DNA from: an uncultured Pseudobdellovibrionaceae bacterium
Lineage (GTDB): Bacteria; Bdellovibrionota; FAC87; UBA2466
Direction: 5' to 3'
DNA length: 64,000 nt
NCBI GenBank assembly: GCA_964611895.1
Contig: CAZTDN010000019.1
Coordinates: 577 to 64,576 of the forward strand
In this document: piece by piece, positions 1 through 9,610 of the stretch
Numbering within the stretch: the first letter of the stretch is position 1
Layout of the letters: each line of letters opens with the position of its first letter
Program-made: the position numbers and the translations under genes
The notes under the pieces: model-generated
What the model saw: the letters and a program-made list of their open reading frames with translations, nothing else
Told to the model about the DNA's origin: nothing
Database searches by the model: none

Positions 1-1
1 C

Positions 2-1729
2 TTCGGCATTCTGGACGCTTCCGACGCAGGGTCCATAGTGAAAGAGCTGCTCAAAGACTTCAACTGCATGGGAAAAACAGCCTTTGATGCCGAGCGGATA
101 CTCTCTCTCCTGAGCCAATGGCGGGAAGAGGGGCGCACCGAGGCCCGTAAAGACGAAGATTATGAAACGGCTGTTGAATGGCTTTTGCCCCGGTACACCA
201 AACGGCTCGAGCACCTGGGTATGGTCGACTTTGACGGGCTGTTGCTGCTGCCTCTCATGTTGATGGAGAAAGACGCCGACATTCGCGCAGAAATTCAAAA
301 ATCTTTTGAACAGGTAATGGTGGACGAGTTTCAAGATACGAATCTGCTTCAAATGCGATTTCTAAAGCACCTCGTACATTCCCATCGTTGCCTGAGCGTG
401 GTGGGGGACGATGATCAGTCTATCTACGGCTGGCGGGGAGCAAGGGTGAGTAATATCTTGGATTTCCCCAAGCTATATAGTCGCTGCAAAGTCGTGCGAC
501 TCGAACGTAACTACCGTTCGACGCCTGCTATATTGGAGTTGGCAAACGCAGTTATTTCCAAGAATACCCAGCGGCACTCCAAAATTCTCAAGCCTGAAAA
601 ACATGGCGGTTCTAATGAACGGCCCGAGGTTTTTGTCTATGAAAATGAAGACGAAGAGGCCGAGTACACCGCTCTCGACGTGCAGCATCTGATCCATTCG
701 GGAACCAAGCGCCGCGATATCGCCATTTTGTACCGTTCCAACAGTCAGGGCGCGATGCTGGAAGCCGAGTTGCGCAAACATCAGATCCCCTACCTACTGA
801 GTGGTGGTACCGCGTTTTTTGATAGGCGCGAAACAAGAGACGTCCTGGCGTATCTTCGGTGCGGTCTAAAACCGAATGAGATTTCTCTGCGGCGAGTGCT
901 GAACGTCCCCCATCGCGGAATTGGGGATGCGACAATCGAAGCCTTGACGGCCCATAGCCGTTCTCATGGGGGTTCCTTTTTGGGGGCTCTACAGAATTGG
1001 CGCCAGGCAGGAGTGGAAGAGCGGCCGGGAAAAGCGATAGAGGGGTTTTTGCAGCTCGCTCAACAGCTGGTGCCAGAGATAATCCGCCCTGACCCGTCGA
1101 CGGGCGGGCAGCGTTTGGTCGCGTGGTTTGAGAAGATTGGCTATCGTGCATTTGTGGAGAAAAACGCACCTAATGCGATGGTTGCTCAAAAGCGCTGGCG
1201 CATTTTGGAGATGTTTTCTGGGATTCTCGACCGATTTCTGGCGACGGGTGGCAACAGCCGGGATTCAATTAAAGATTTTCTGGATGCCATGGAGTTGCGG
1301 GATGCCATGGACGAAAAAAAAGAAGATGAGGATCGTGTGCAGTTGCTGACTCTTCACGCGTGCAAAGGGCTGGAGTTTCCCAATGTGTTCTTGATCGGGG
1401 TGGAGGAAGATCTGATTCCACACAAGGTATTGGGTACGGATATCAGCGAGGAACGCAGGCTGTTTTACGTTGGGGTGACACGTGCGCAGACACGACTGAC
1501 GCTCTCCCGCGCCTGCCGTAGGCGTCGACATGGAAAATGGGCTCCGTGCGCCCCCTCCCGTTTTTTGCTCGAAATACCGCCAAAACTTCTTGTGGAAAAT
1601 GTAGGCCCTCGGCCTGTTCGAGAGAGTCACCGGCGCTCCATGGTGGACCAGCTTTTTCAAAAGCTAGATGCTCTCGATGAAAGAGCTGGCAAATCCTCTC
1701 TAGCAAAGACCGACTTGACCTCTTCCTGA
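2..1729 (+). CDS. UvrD/Rep/PcrA family SF1 DNA helicase (5'-truncated by the window edge)
   Basis: Motifs VMVDEFQDTN, VVGDDDQSIYGWRGA, LERNYRST, LTLHACKGLEF, EERRLFYVGVTRA; frame is open from position 2. Confidence 0.95.
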   Translation, partial: FGILDASDAGSIVKELLKDFNCMGKTAFDAERILSLLSQWREEGRTEARKDEDYETAVEWLLPRYTKRLEHLGMVDFDGLLLLPLMLMEKDADIRAEIQKSFEQVMVDEFQDTNLLQMRFLKHLVHSHRCLSVVGDDDQSIYGWRGARVSNILDFPKLYSRCKVVRLERNYRSTPAILELANAVISKNTQRHSKILKPEKHGGSNERPEVFVYENEDEEAEYTALDVQHLIHSGTKRRDIAILYRSNSQGAMLEAELRKHQIPYLLSGGTAFFDRRETRDVLAYLRCGLKPNEISLRRVLNVPHRGIGDATIEALTAHSRSHGGSFLGALQNWRQAGVEERPGKAIEGFLQLAQQLVPEIIRPDPSTGGQRLVAWFEKIGYRAFVEKNAPNAMVAQKRWRILEMFSGILDRFLATGGNSRDSIKDFLDAMELRDAMDEKKEDEDRVQLLTLHACKGLEFPNVFLIGVEEDLIPHKVLGTDISEERRLFYVGVTRAQTRLTLSRACRRRRHGKWAPCAPSRFLLEIPPKLLVENVGPRPVRESHRRSMVDQLFQKLDALDERAGKSSLAKTDLTSS

Positions 1730-1820
1730 ACTCATTTGTTCTCACTAATGGCTTGGCCTGACCCGGTGCGGTGGACGGACTCTACTATTTGTTTTAAGAA
1801 CGAAACATGGGGGTTCGGCT

Positions 1821-2414
1821 ATGGGGATAGTTCGGGTTTTCGTTTTAGGCGCGGTTCTGGGGAGTGCAGCCTTTGGGGCTTGTACAGCACAGCAAAAACG
1901 TACGGTAGAAGCCGATGTTCGCCAGGCGTGTGCCGTGGTCAAGCGCTCGCTATATGTCCTAGAAAACTACGAAGGGTATTTGCGAAAGAACTTCGTCTAT
2001 AGTCTCGCTTTCAAGACCTATTTTGGTAATCAGAGTTTCTATAAAACTCTTTTGAAAAAAAGAATCAAAGCCTGCGAACAGGGCAAGATTTCCTACCAGT
2101 GTGTGGCCGACAACTCGGGCAACTGTGATTCGGAAAATGAGACGGATGCTTACGTATTGCACTACAAACCGTTGATTGGTTGGTACACCGTCCCTGGAAA
2201 TGTGATTCATTACTGCGACCGGTACTTTGCCTCCAATTCCATGCGCCGCCTGGATGATACGGTCCACGAGTTTGGGCGGTTGGAAGGCATTGGAGATGCG
2301 GAGACAGGAACCGATGATATCTACATGTGGGACGGGATCGTGAACCGCACCGGAATGGAACCCGGTTACTCCCAAGCCGTGAGCAGCGGTCACCCCGCAA
2401 TTGCTATTCGGTAA
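1821..2414 (+). CDS. Secreted hypothetical protein resembling M35/lysine metalloendopeptidase, with degenerate HExxH (HEFGR)
   Basis: Hydrophobic N-terminus; AYV...IHYCDRYF...TVHEFGR pattern. Confidence 0.6.
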   Translation: MGIVRVFVLGAVLGSAAFGACTAQQKRTVEADVRQACAVVKRSLYVLENYEGYLRKNFVYSLAFKTYFGNQSFYKTLLKKRIKACEQGKISYQCVADNSGNCDSENETDAYVLHYKPLIGWYTVPGNVIHYCDRYFASNSMRRLDDTVHEFGRLEGIGDAETGTDDIYMWDGIVNRTGMEPGYSQAVSSGHPAIAIR

Positions 2415-3021
2415 TTTTGTCCGAGAGTTCGTTTGAGTCCTGCGGGCGGGGAGGGAACTCTTCAGCAAGCTTCGCGCCGATGTTCTGTATTACCGCGCAC
2501 AGCGCCGTGGCAGAATCTTTGCGTTTGATTCCGTCTACGAGTTTTGCAAGTTCATCATCCCAATACCCGGAAGGCACTCGCGAATGGATGCCTTTGTCCG
2601 CCAGTATTTCAGCGCAATTTTCAAACTCCGAAATGTAGATCAAAACGCCCGTGCGATCTTGTGTCTCGACAATCCCCTCCGCAACAAAACGTGCCAGGGC
2701 CTCCCGATGCACTTTGAATGCCCGTGTTTTGCGCGGCACAAGAAAACGCCGAACCTGCGGGGAAAAAGTTAGGCCTAGTCCAACGGCGAAACCCGCGAGC
2801 TGCCATTCCGCTAAACTAAGCGCCGAAGTGCCCCACTGAGGAAAGAGCCAATGCAATGCAGTGGCGCTTAACATCCCCGTATTGGCTAAGCACCAAGGGA
2901 CCCACGCGTACCCGCCACTCGAGCGCACTACCCGAACGACAATTTCTCCCGAAGTATTTTTTTCGGCGGTCGCGATGGCCTTTTCAATGCGGTCCTTATC
3001 CCCTTTTGAAAGCAAAGACAT
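2404..3021 (-). CDS. TPM domain membrane protein (second TPM gene of a lemA operon)
   Basis: AEKNTSGEIVV, TQDRTGVLIYIS, ILADKGI, NELSD motifs; synteny with lemA. Confidence 0.9.
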   Translation of the reverse strand: MSLLSKGDKDRIEKAIATAEKNTSGEIVVRVVRSSGGYAWVPWCLANTGMLSATALHWLFPQWGTSALSLAEWQLAGFAVGLGLTFSPQVRRFLVPRKTRAFKVHREALARFVAEGIVETQDRTGVLIYISEFENCAEILADKGIHSRVPSGYWDDELAKLVDGIKRKDSATALCAVIQNIGAKLAEEFPPRPQDSNELSDKITE

Positions 3022-3024
3022 GAT

Positions 3025-3762
3025 CTACCAGCTCGACGAAGAGCCGCCTCCTCCAAAGCTTCCGCCGCCACCACTAAACCCGCCTCCCCCAAAACCGCCT
3101 CCACCCCAGCCTCCGCCCCCGCCTCCGCGTCCCCAATGATCCCAGCCACTGGAGCGAGAGCCCCGCGCGTTTCGGAGTGCCCCATCAAAAAAGATCGCTG
3201 TGCCCGCGATAAAGATAAATAGCAAGATCGGGATCCACACTGGAATGACCTGTTCACGCCCCCGGGCATTTGCAAAATGAAGTTCTCTCCCTGTCTGGAC
3301 CTCAATACCCAGCAGCTGCCCTACAGCCATTACTGCTAGCGATAGCCCGTCTTCGTAGCGTTTTTTCTTAAAGTAGGGAGCGATTCCATCACTCAATATT
3401 CGCCGGGTTTGGACGTCGGTCAGTTCGCCCTCGAGGCCGTATCCGACTTCAAAGCGCATTTTGCGTTCGGCGGGCGCTACAACCAAAAGCAGTCCATTGT
3501 CGCTGCCTTTACGTCCAAGTTTCCACTCCTGCGCCACTGCGATCGAAAACGGCTCAATTTCTTCGCCTTGCAGAGACTCCGCGACCAAAATCGCCATCTG
3601 CACTTTGTGGCTTTGGTTGAGCTGAGCCAAAAGCCCTTCAACGCGGGAACGCTCAGTCGGTTTTAGCAGGGCGGCCGAGTCCACCAGCGGCCCAGACAAT
3701 GGTGGGACCGAAACAGCAATCGCTCCTAAGCAAAGCAATGCAAGCGCGAATGCGAACCTCAA
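3025..3762 (-). CDS. TPM domain protein (YgcG-like) with Gly-rich tail
   Basis: WKLGRKGSDNGLLLVVA, RFEVGYGLEG; GGGGSFGGGGSSSSW C-terminus. Confidence 0.92.
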   Translation of the reverse strand: MRFAFALALLCLGAIAVSVPPLSGPLVDSAALLKPTERSRVEGLLAQLNQSHKVQMAILVAESLQGEEIEPFSIAVAQEWKLGRKGSDNGLLLVVAPAERKMRFEVGYGLEGELTDVQTRRILSDGIAPYFKKKRYEDGLSLAVMAVGQLLGIEVQTGRELHFANARGREQVIPVWIPILLFIFIAGTAIFFDGALRNARGSRSSGWDHWGRGGGGGGWGGGGFGGGGFSGGGGSFGGGGSSSSW

Positions 3763-4352
3763 AACTGAACCTTCGGCACGGACTTCGCTTCTTCACCGAT
3801 GGTAAAGTTTGCGCGGGGTTCCAGTTTCAAAATGTACCGCGCTGTTAGGTTGGTCGGAAAAAAGCGGACAGCCTTATTGTATTCCCCCACTTTGTCGATG
3901 TAGCGTTTTCGGGCCACGGTGATCCGGTTTTCCGTGCCCTCTAGCTGCGCCTGAAGATCTCTGAATCCAGTGTTTGCCTGAAGGGTAGGGTACTTCTCCA
4001 CCACGACCATTAGTCGAGAAAGTGCGCTACTCAATCCATCTTGAGCGCGCTGAAACCTACCAAATGCTTCGGGGTTGGAGAGCGCGTTTGCGTCTATTTT
4101 GGTTTGGGTGGCTTCGGCCCGCGCTTTTACCACGGCTTCTAGAGTCTCTTTTTCATGCTTCGCGTAACCTTTTACGGTGGCCACCAGGTTTGGAACCAGG
4201 TCCGTGCGCCGCTGGTATTGGTTTTCGACTTCGGACCAAGACATTTTTACGTCTTCGTCGAGGCCTTGGAGCTGATTGTAACCACAGCTGCTCAAGCTAA
4301 GAATCGTCAGCGGGAGCAGAGCTAAGAGAAAAGTTGGTTTAAATGCCTTCAC
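3759..4352 (-). CDS. lemA: LemA family lipoprotein
   Basis: SSCGYN, YQRRTDLVPNLV, QLEGTENRI motifs; GTG start at 4352 with GGAGA RBS. Confidence 0.95.
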   Translation of the reverse strand: MKAFKPTFLLALLPLTILSLSSCGYNQLQGLDEDVKMSWSEVENQYQRRTDLVPNLVATVKGYAKHEKETLEAVVKARAEATQTKIDANALSNPEAFGRFQRAQDGLSSALSRLMVVVEKYPTLQANTGFRDLQAQLEGTENRITVARKRYIDKVGEYNKAVRFFPTNLTARYILKLEPRANFTIGEEAKSVPKVQF

Positions 4353-4479
4353 GGTAATTATCTCCAATGGGCACATTCCTGAGGCTGGCTAGCCGGAAGG
4401 TGCCGTAATTTGTCTCTCGTTTTATCGAAAGAACGGCCATGATACTACTGTCGTTTGGGTGGATTTGAAAGGTTGGCTT

Positions 4480-4488
4480 TGGTATAAT
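4480..4488 (+). promoter_or_regulatory. Extended -10 sigma70 promoter element upstream of the kinase
   Basis: TGGTATAAT about 20 nt before the ORF start. Confidence 0.5.
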
Positions 4489-4506
4489 GCGGCGCATTCG
4501 AACTAA

Positions 4507-6024
4507 TTGGGGGCTGTGGGGTTAGTGAGCGAAGAACAGTTGCATTCTTGCGTTCAGGCAGAAGGGTTCGAACTGCTCTCAGAAGTCGGGCGGGGGGCGT
4601 CGGCCCGTATTCTGCTCGCTCGAGAAATTTCTACGGGCGATAAAGTCTGTCTTAAACTCTTCCATCCCCGGCTTTTTCAAGAAGCCACCAGCCAGGCGCG
4701 CATACGTCGGGAAATGGAGCTCTCTTCGAAGCTTAAACACCCCCATATTCTAGCCGTGCGGCGTTTCGTTTTGGACACACCGTCGCCGTATATGGTGTTG
4801 GACTATGTTCCCGGAAAGAACCTAGAGAAGTTCCAAGCAAGCCTTCCTTATATTTTGCCCGAAGTCGCAGTGCAAATTTCGATACAGATTCTTAAAGCGC
4901 TTGAGTATTCCCATCGCAAAGGGATAGTGCACCGCGATCTTAAACCGGAAAATGTTTTGGTGCGTGAGGATGGCCAAGTGTTTGTTGCGGACTTTGGCTT
5001 AGCGAAGGGCCGCGATCACGCCGCGACAAATCTTTCCAATACTTTGGTGGGGTCAGTAGATTACATGTCTCCCGAGCAGGTAAAAGGAGACTCCGTCGGT
5101 CCGCAATCCGATCTCTTTTCGTTGGGGGCGGTGCTGTATTTCTTGACGACCGGAACTCGTCCGTTTTCGCGCGGCTCGATCGTGGCAACTCTGGAAGCTG
5201 TAAAAAACGCAGCTCCTGAGAGTCCGCTGAAGAGAAACCCGAAAATCAGTAACCGCTTGTCTGCCTTGATTCTTAAAGCGATGGCGCGGGACGTATCGGC
5301 TAGGTTTCAGAGCGCAACTGAAATGCGAACGGCGCTCGAAGGGTACTTAGCTGATACGGGCCTAAGCGAGAATACCTTCAATTTGCATGAGTGGATGGTG
5401 GATCCCTCCGCCGTAACCATGGACGCACTGGGGCGATGCGTGGAAACACTGACCGCTCGCGCGGAAAAGTTACTGGCGCAAAGGGAGTGGGATGCCTTTA
5501 CCGAAGTGCAATCGCACTTGAGTATCAAAGCCCCGGAAAGCGAATCGCTCAGGCGATTATCCACACTTTACCGAAGTACTCGTCGAGCCAAAACTCGTCC
5601 GGTCTTGCGGTGGTCCTTGGTTGCGGTCTGGTTGTTAGTCATTGTGGGAGCAGCTGTTTTTTACTGGCCGAAAAACCCACAACCCCAGAGTCTTCCATCT
5701 CCTGTTGTCGCAAATCCAGCCCCCGTCGAAGTCGCGCCAGCGGTTCCCGCTGAAACCATCATTCCCGATCCTAAACCTGCTCCCCACAAGTCGCCCGCGG
5801 CTGCCAAACTAAAGGCACCTTCCGCGGGTGCCGGGACGGTTTGGTTTCGTCTCCCCCAAGGCACTGAGGTTTATTGGAATGGGTTTCCGGTCGACCCGGA
5901 AAAACCGCTCTATAACCAGAAGTTCGGTTTGCACGATCTTAAAATGATCCGAGAGGGTTTTGATCCAATCACGGCCAAAGTTGAAGTGTCCGCCTCAAGG
6001 CCAACCATTATCAAGGTGAACTAA
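4507..6024 (+). CDS. Membrane Hanks-type Ser/Thr protein kinase with Pro-rich linker and C-terminal PEGA-like domain
   Basis: GRGASA, VCLK, HRDLKPEN, DFG, YMSPEQ, SDLFSLG; TM helix WSLVAVWLLVIVGAAVFYW. Confidence 0.93.
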   Translation: MGAVGLVSEEQLHSCVQAEGFELLSEVGRGASARILLAREISTGDKVCLKLFHPRLFQEATSQARIRREMELSSKLKHPHILAVRRFVLDTPSPYMVLDYVPGKNLEKFQASLPYILPEVAVQISIQILKALEYSHRKGIVHRDLKPENVLVREDGQVFVADFGLAKGRDHAATNLSNTLVGSVDYMSPEQVKGDSVGPQSDLFSLGAVLYFLTTGTRPFSRGSIVATLEAVKNAAPESPLKRNPKISNRLSALILKAMARDVSARFQSATEMRTALEGYLADTGLSENTFNLHEWMVDPSAVTMDALGRCVETLTARAEKLLAQREWDAFTEVQSHLSIKAPESESLRRLSTLYRSTRRAKTRPVLRWSLVAVWLLVIVGAAVFYWPKNPQPQSLPSPVVANPAPVEVAPAVPAETIIPDPKPAPHKSPAAAKLKAPSAGAGTVWFRLPQGTEVYWNGFPVDPEKPLYNQKFGLHDLKMIREGFDPITAKVEVSASRPTIIKVN

Positions 6025-6026
6025 TC

Positions 6027-7829
6027 ATGATGTATCTCAAACTTTCCAATCAGGCGCCGCTTGGGATCGATAAAGCGGTTTTTACTGTGGGGTGGGGAAG
6101 GGCATTTGACGCTTCACTGGGTGATGGACCCGAGACCCTCTGTTTTTCCATTCAAAAAGAAGGCGAAACCTACCATCTCATTCCGGGCAGCGAACGCCTG
6201 CGCCTTAATGCGCGGATTGTTTCCGGAGTGGAACCTGTGCAGAGTTTGGATCGGATAAGCTGGCGGGAAGAAGCGGCGGTTTTGCTCACCGACATTCAGG
6301 TCGGAGAGACCGGCGAAAAACGAGACACTAGTCTAGAATGTCTGCGCATTTTGGAACAGTTGTCCATCCACTTGGAAAACTCCGAATCTCTGACGGGGGC
6401 GCTTCGCCAAGCGCTGAATGCGATGGCGAACGTAGCGGGAGCGCAGGGCGGAAATCTAGTGTCCGAAGTCGACCCCGGAAGTGGTTGGGAGTTGCTTGCA
6501 AGTTTTGGTTTGTCGTCAGGCGGCACTGCAGAAGAAAATCCCCGCAAGACCTTGCTCAGCCACACGGCGGTAAACGAAGCGATTCGTTCCCGGAAGCCAG
6601 TTTATGTCGAGAGCATCATCGGCCATGACTGGGCTGATCAGGCATCCATCTTAGGGGCCCGCATTTTTTCCCTAGCTTGCCTCCCTCTGGTTGTCGGAGA
6701 GCGTGTCTTTGGGTGTGTGTACTTGTTTACCAGGACGCCAGGAAAATCTATCCATCGGGATTCGCTCGCATCACTTTCCATTTTGGGCACACAGGTTGCC
6801 TTGCTTTTGGCTACCCGAGCTCAGTTGAATCGCGAGCGACAACGCAATCGGGAATTCAAAAACAAGTCGGGCGAAAAGAGCTTTGTGTACAACCGCGCCT
6901 TGGAAAATAGTCCGATGAAAGCTTTGGACCTGCGCATCTCAAAGCTTGCCCCAGCAGATCTAAACTTACTGGTCCTCGGAGAGACGGGTAGCGGCAAAGA
7001 GGTGATTGCTCGAGAACTCCATTTGCGGGGTGTCCGAAACAATGGGCCTTTTGTCGCTGTGAATTGCGGTGCCATTCCGGCAAGCCTGATTGAGTCTACG
7101 TTATTTGGATTTGTGAAAGGCTCCTTTACCGGAGCGACTCGCGATCAGGATGGGAAGTTTGTACAGGCAAACGGGGGGACGTTGTTTCTGGACGAGATTG
7201 GGGATCTCCCTTTGGATCTCCAAGTAAAGCTCTTGCGGGTTTTACAAGAGCGGAGCGTGGAACCGGTGGGCGGTTCCAAAGCAGTGCCAGTAGACTTTAA
7301 ACTGATTGCTGCCACTCACCAGGATTTGGAAGGGCTGGTCAAGAGTGGAAAGTTTCGACAGGATCTTTATTACCGGTTAAATGGCGCGTCTCTAGTGATT
7401 CCCCCTTTGCGTGAACGGACAGGCGATATTTTGCTTTTAGCGGAGTATTTTTTAGGCTTTTCGGGGATGGATCGCCGTTTTTCAATAGATGCAAAGCAGC
7501 GTCTATTACAGCATTCGTGGCCAGGAAATGTTCGGGAGCTGGAGCAAGTCGTTTGTCGGGCTGCAGCGCTTGCTGAGGGGGAGGAAATTTCGCCCGAGGA
7601 CCTGGAAATGGGAGTTTTGGCCACTTCAGGAAACGCCTCCAACTCTTTGGATATGGCCGATCTTCCTTCAGGATTGAGGGAAGCCCAAGAAACATTCACT
7701 CGGGAATTTGTTAGAGCTGCTCTGGAACAAAGTGGTGGCATGCGATCTAAAGCAGCCGCTCGGCTGGGAATTTCAGAGCGCACATTGTACCGCATTCTCT
7801 CCACTGCATCGTCTGACACTGCGATCTGA
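6027..7829 (+). CDS. Sigma54-dependent enhancer-binding protein (degenerate FHA-like, GAF, AAA+, Fis HTH)
   Basis: GETGSGKE, GSFTGA, FLDEIGD, FRQDLYYRL, WPGNVREL, AARLGISERTLYR. Confidence 0.93.
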   Translation: MMYLKLSNQAPLGIDKAVFTVGWGRAFDASLGDGPETLCFSIQKEGETYHLIPGSERLRLNARIVSGVEPVQSLDRISWREEAAVLLTDIQVGETGEKRDTSLECLRILEQLSIHLENSESLTGALRQALNAMANVAGAQGGNLVSEVDPGSGWELLASFGLSSGGTAEENPRKTLLSHTAVNEAIRSRKPVYVESIIGHDWADQASILGARIFSLACLPLVVGERVFGCVYLFTRTPGKSIHRDSLASLSILGTQVALLLATRAQLNRERQRNREFKNKSGEKSFVYNRALENSPMKALDLRISKLAPADLNLLVLGETGSGKEVIARELHLRGVRNNGPFVAVNCGAIPASLIESTLFGFVKGSFTGATRDQDGKFVQANGGTLFLDEIGDLPLDLQVKLLRVLQERSVEPVGGSKAVPVDFKLIAATHQDLEGLVKSGKFRQDLYYRLNGASLVIPPLRERTGDILLLAEYFLGFSGMDRRFSIDAKQRLLQHSWPGNVRELEQVVCRAAALAEGEEISPEDLEMGVLATSGNASNSLDMADLPSGLREAQETFTREFVRAALEQSGGMRSKAAARLGISERTLYRILSTASSDTAI

Positions 7830-7878
7830 CAGTCCTGGCAGAAAGCGCTTTATTTGCGGAGCGGGGTGCCTGGTATTG

Positions 7879-7895
7879 CTGGCATCGACGTTGCA
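7879..7895 (+). promoter_or_regulatory. Sigma54 -24/-12 promoter
   Basis: CTGGCATCGACGTTGCA = GG-N10-GC with TGGCA and TTGCA; 43 nt before the ATG at 7938. Confidence 0.85.
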
Positions 7896-7937
7896 ATCGT
7901 TTTGTGTACCCAAAGTGGGCAAGAGGAGATTTCGAGT

Positions 7938-8741
7938 ATGAATATGCGGACTATTAGCATGTATTTGACCCTGACTGTTTTGCTATTTGCGATCATGACG
8001 GCTTCGGCTTTTGCGGATACGTACAATTTCTATTTTGATAAGAAAAAGAAAAGCCCGGATAATGCCGAAGCGATCGCTCCTCCACAGGCTGAGAATTCAA
8101 TAGAGGATTCGGCGGACTCTTACTCGAGACCGCTGCCTAAAGAGCCGCAGCCAGTCATCATTAACAACAACATTTCGACCCCGCGATCACCCGAGTATCT
8201 GGAGCCCACACCTAATGTCCCCACGCAAACGAGTGTTTCCTCCTATTCCTCTACGCCGCCGTATTCAGTGGAATCCGAAAAGCGGCTTAAGTGGAGTATC
8301 GGAACGTCCTTTTTGGTATGGGCGGGTCGAGAAAGGGTAGCGGATTTAGCCGATCCCAGCACCTACACAGACATTACCGCGAATCAAATTCTCCAGGGCG
8401 TGGGTGCTGCCGCTGCTGTTTCCCTTGGGTATCGAATACTGCCGGGATTGGGGGTCAGCGGTTATGTCGGAAATGCGAGTCGTGGGAGGGCGTTTGTGGG
8501 CGCTGATGTTGAGTGGTGGCCGCTGCGTTTGGATGTGGGTCGATTTGACCTGCTCGAACTTGCGCTTCTAGGTGGGGCATCCGATACGATTGCGTTTTCT
8601 GGGTACGGCTCTCCCGCTGTCTTGCCTCACTTGGGTACGCGACTGAACTTGAATCTTGGGCCGAGCTTTACACTGACGGCTTCGGTTCGGTTGAACCGCC
8701 AGGCGAGTATTGGTGAATTGGGAGTGGGAATCCATCTCTAA
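7938..8741 (+). CDS. Secreted protein with Pro/Ser-rich linker and probable C-terminal outer-membrane beta-barrel
   Basis: AGGAG RBS, signal peptide ending ASAFA, alternating hydrophobic strands ending GVGIHL. Confidence 0.7.
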   Translation: MNMRTISMYLTLTVLLFAIMTASAFADTYNFYFDKKKKSPDNAEAIAPPQAENSIEDSADSYSRPLPKEPQPVIINNNISTPRSPEYLEPTPNVPTQTSVSSYSSTPPYSVESEKRLKWSIGTSFLVWAGRERVADLADPSTYTDITANQILQGVGAAAAVSLGYRILPGLGVSGYVGNASRGRAFVGADVEWWPLRLDVGRFDLLELALLGGASDTIAFSGYGSPAVLPHLGTRLNLNLGPSFTLTASVRLNRQASIGELGVGIHL

Positions 8742-8742
8742 T

Positions 8743-8771
8743 CCTAAATCGGTCCTAACACGAAACGAACA
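8743..8771 (+). promoter_or_regulatory. Putative Pho box (11-bp-period direct repeats)
   Basis: CCTAAAT-N4-CCTAACA-N4-ACGAACA followed by a GACAAT -10; same pattern before pstS and pstC. Confidence 0.6.
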
Positions 8772-8792
8772 GTCGAGTGCGACAATGGGAGC

Positions 8793-9551
8793 ATGTTCTT
8801 GAGTGACTTCCATGTCCACTCGACGTTTAGCGACGGGAAACTGACGATTTCTCAACTCGTGGATATGTACGGCAGACAGGGGTTTGGAGCGATAGCCATC
8901 ACGGACCATCTGTGCGAAGAACGCACCGTCATCGGAAAAGCCGCCGCCTACATTGGGTGCTCGCTCACCCGGAGCAACTACGCACAGTACCTCTCCACCA
9001 TTCAGCAAGAAGCAGAACGAGCGTGGGAGCTGTATCAAATGGTGGTTCTGCCGGGGTACGAATTGACGAAGAATAGCCTTTCCAATCACCGTTCCGCCCA
9101 TGTCCTTGGACTGGGTGTAACGCAATACCTCCCTGCGGATGGAGATATTGTGGCCCTCGCTCGGCATATTCGTGCGCAAGGAGCGGTGGCGGTTGCAGCG
9201 CACCCCGTCTGGACTCGGGTGGTGGAAAGGCAGACCTATTACCTTTGGGATAGGCGAGATGAGTTAGAGGCAGAGTTTGACGCGTGGGAAGTCGCGAGCG
9301 GTCCTTATTGGTTTGAGGAGGTTGCTGCGACTCGATTGCCGAAGCTTGCGACCTCTGATTTGCACCAACCCAGGCAATTCACTTCTTGGAAAACCGTTTT
9401 GGATTGCGAGAAACACCCCGAAGCGATCTTGGATGCGATTCGCAGACAGGAGGTCAGCTTTCGCTTTTTCCAGGCGCCCGTTTCTTTTTTCAGGGACGTT
9501 GCTGCTGGGGTTGCTTCTAACACTTGGAGATCAGAGGCTAAAACAGCCTAG
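8793..9551 (+). CDS. PHP domain phosphoesterase
   Basis: DFHVHSTFSDG, AITDH, AAHP, SDLH. Confidence 0.9.
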   Translation: MFLSDFHVHSTFSDGKLTISQLVDMYGRQGFGAIAITDHLCEERTVIGKAAAYIGCSLTRSNYAQYLSTIQQEAERAWELYQMVVLPGYELTKNSLSNHRSAHVLGLGVTQYLPADGDIVALARHIRAQGAVAVAAHPVWTRVVERQTYYLWDRRDELEAEFDAWEVASGPYWFEEVAATRLPKLATSDLHQPRQFTSWKTVLDCEKHPEAILDAIRRQEVSFRFFQAPVSFFRDVAAGVASNTWRSEAKTA

Positions 9552-9610
9552 TTGGGGCCGCTTTGACACCGGTTGGCCAATAGAAGCGGCTTCTGGCATA
9601 CTCCCGCGCT

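Noticed and set aside
3025-3135. GC-rich CCG/CCT low-complexity tract
   Set aside because: It encodes the normal Gly-rich tail of the TPM protein.
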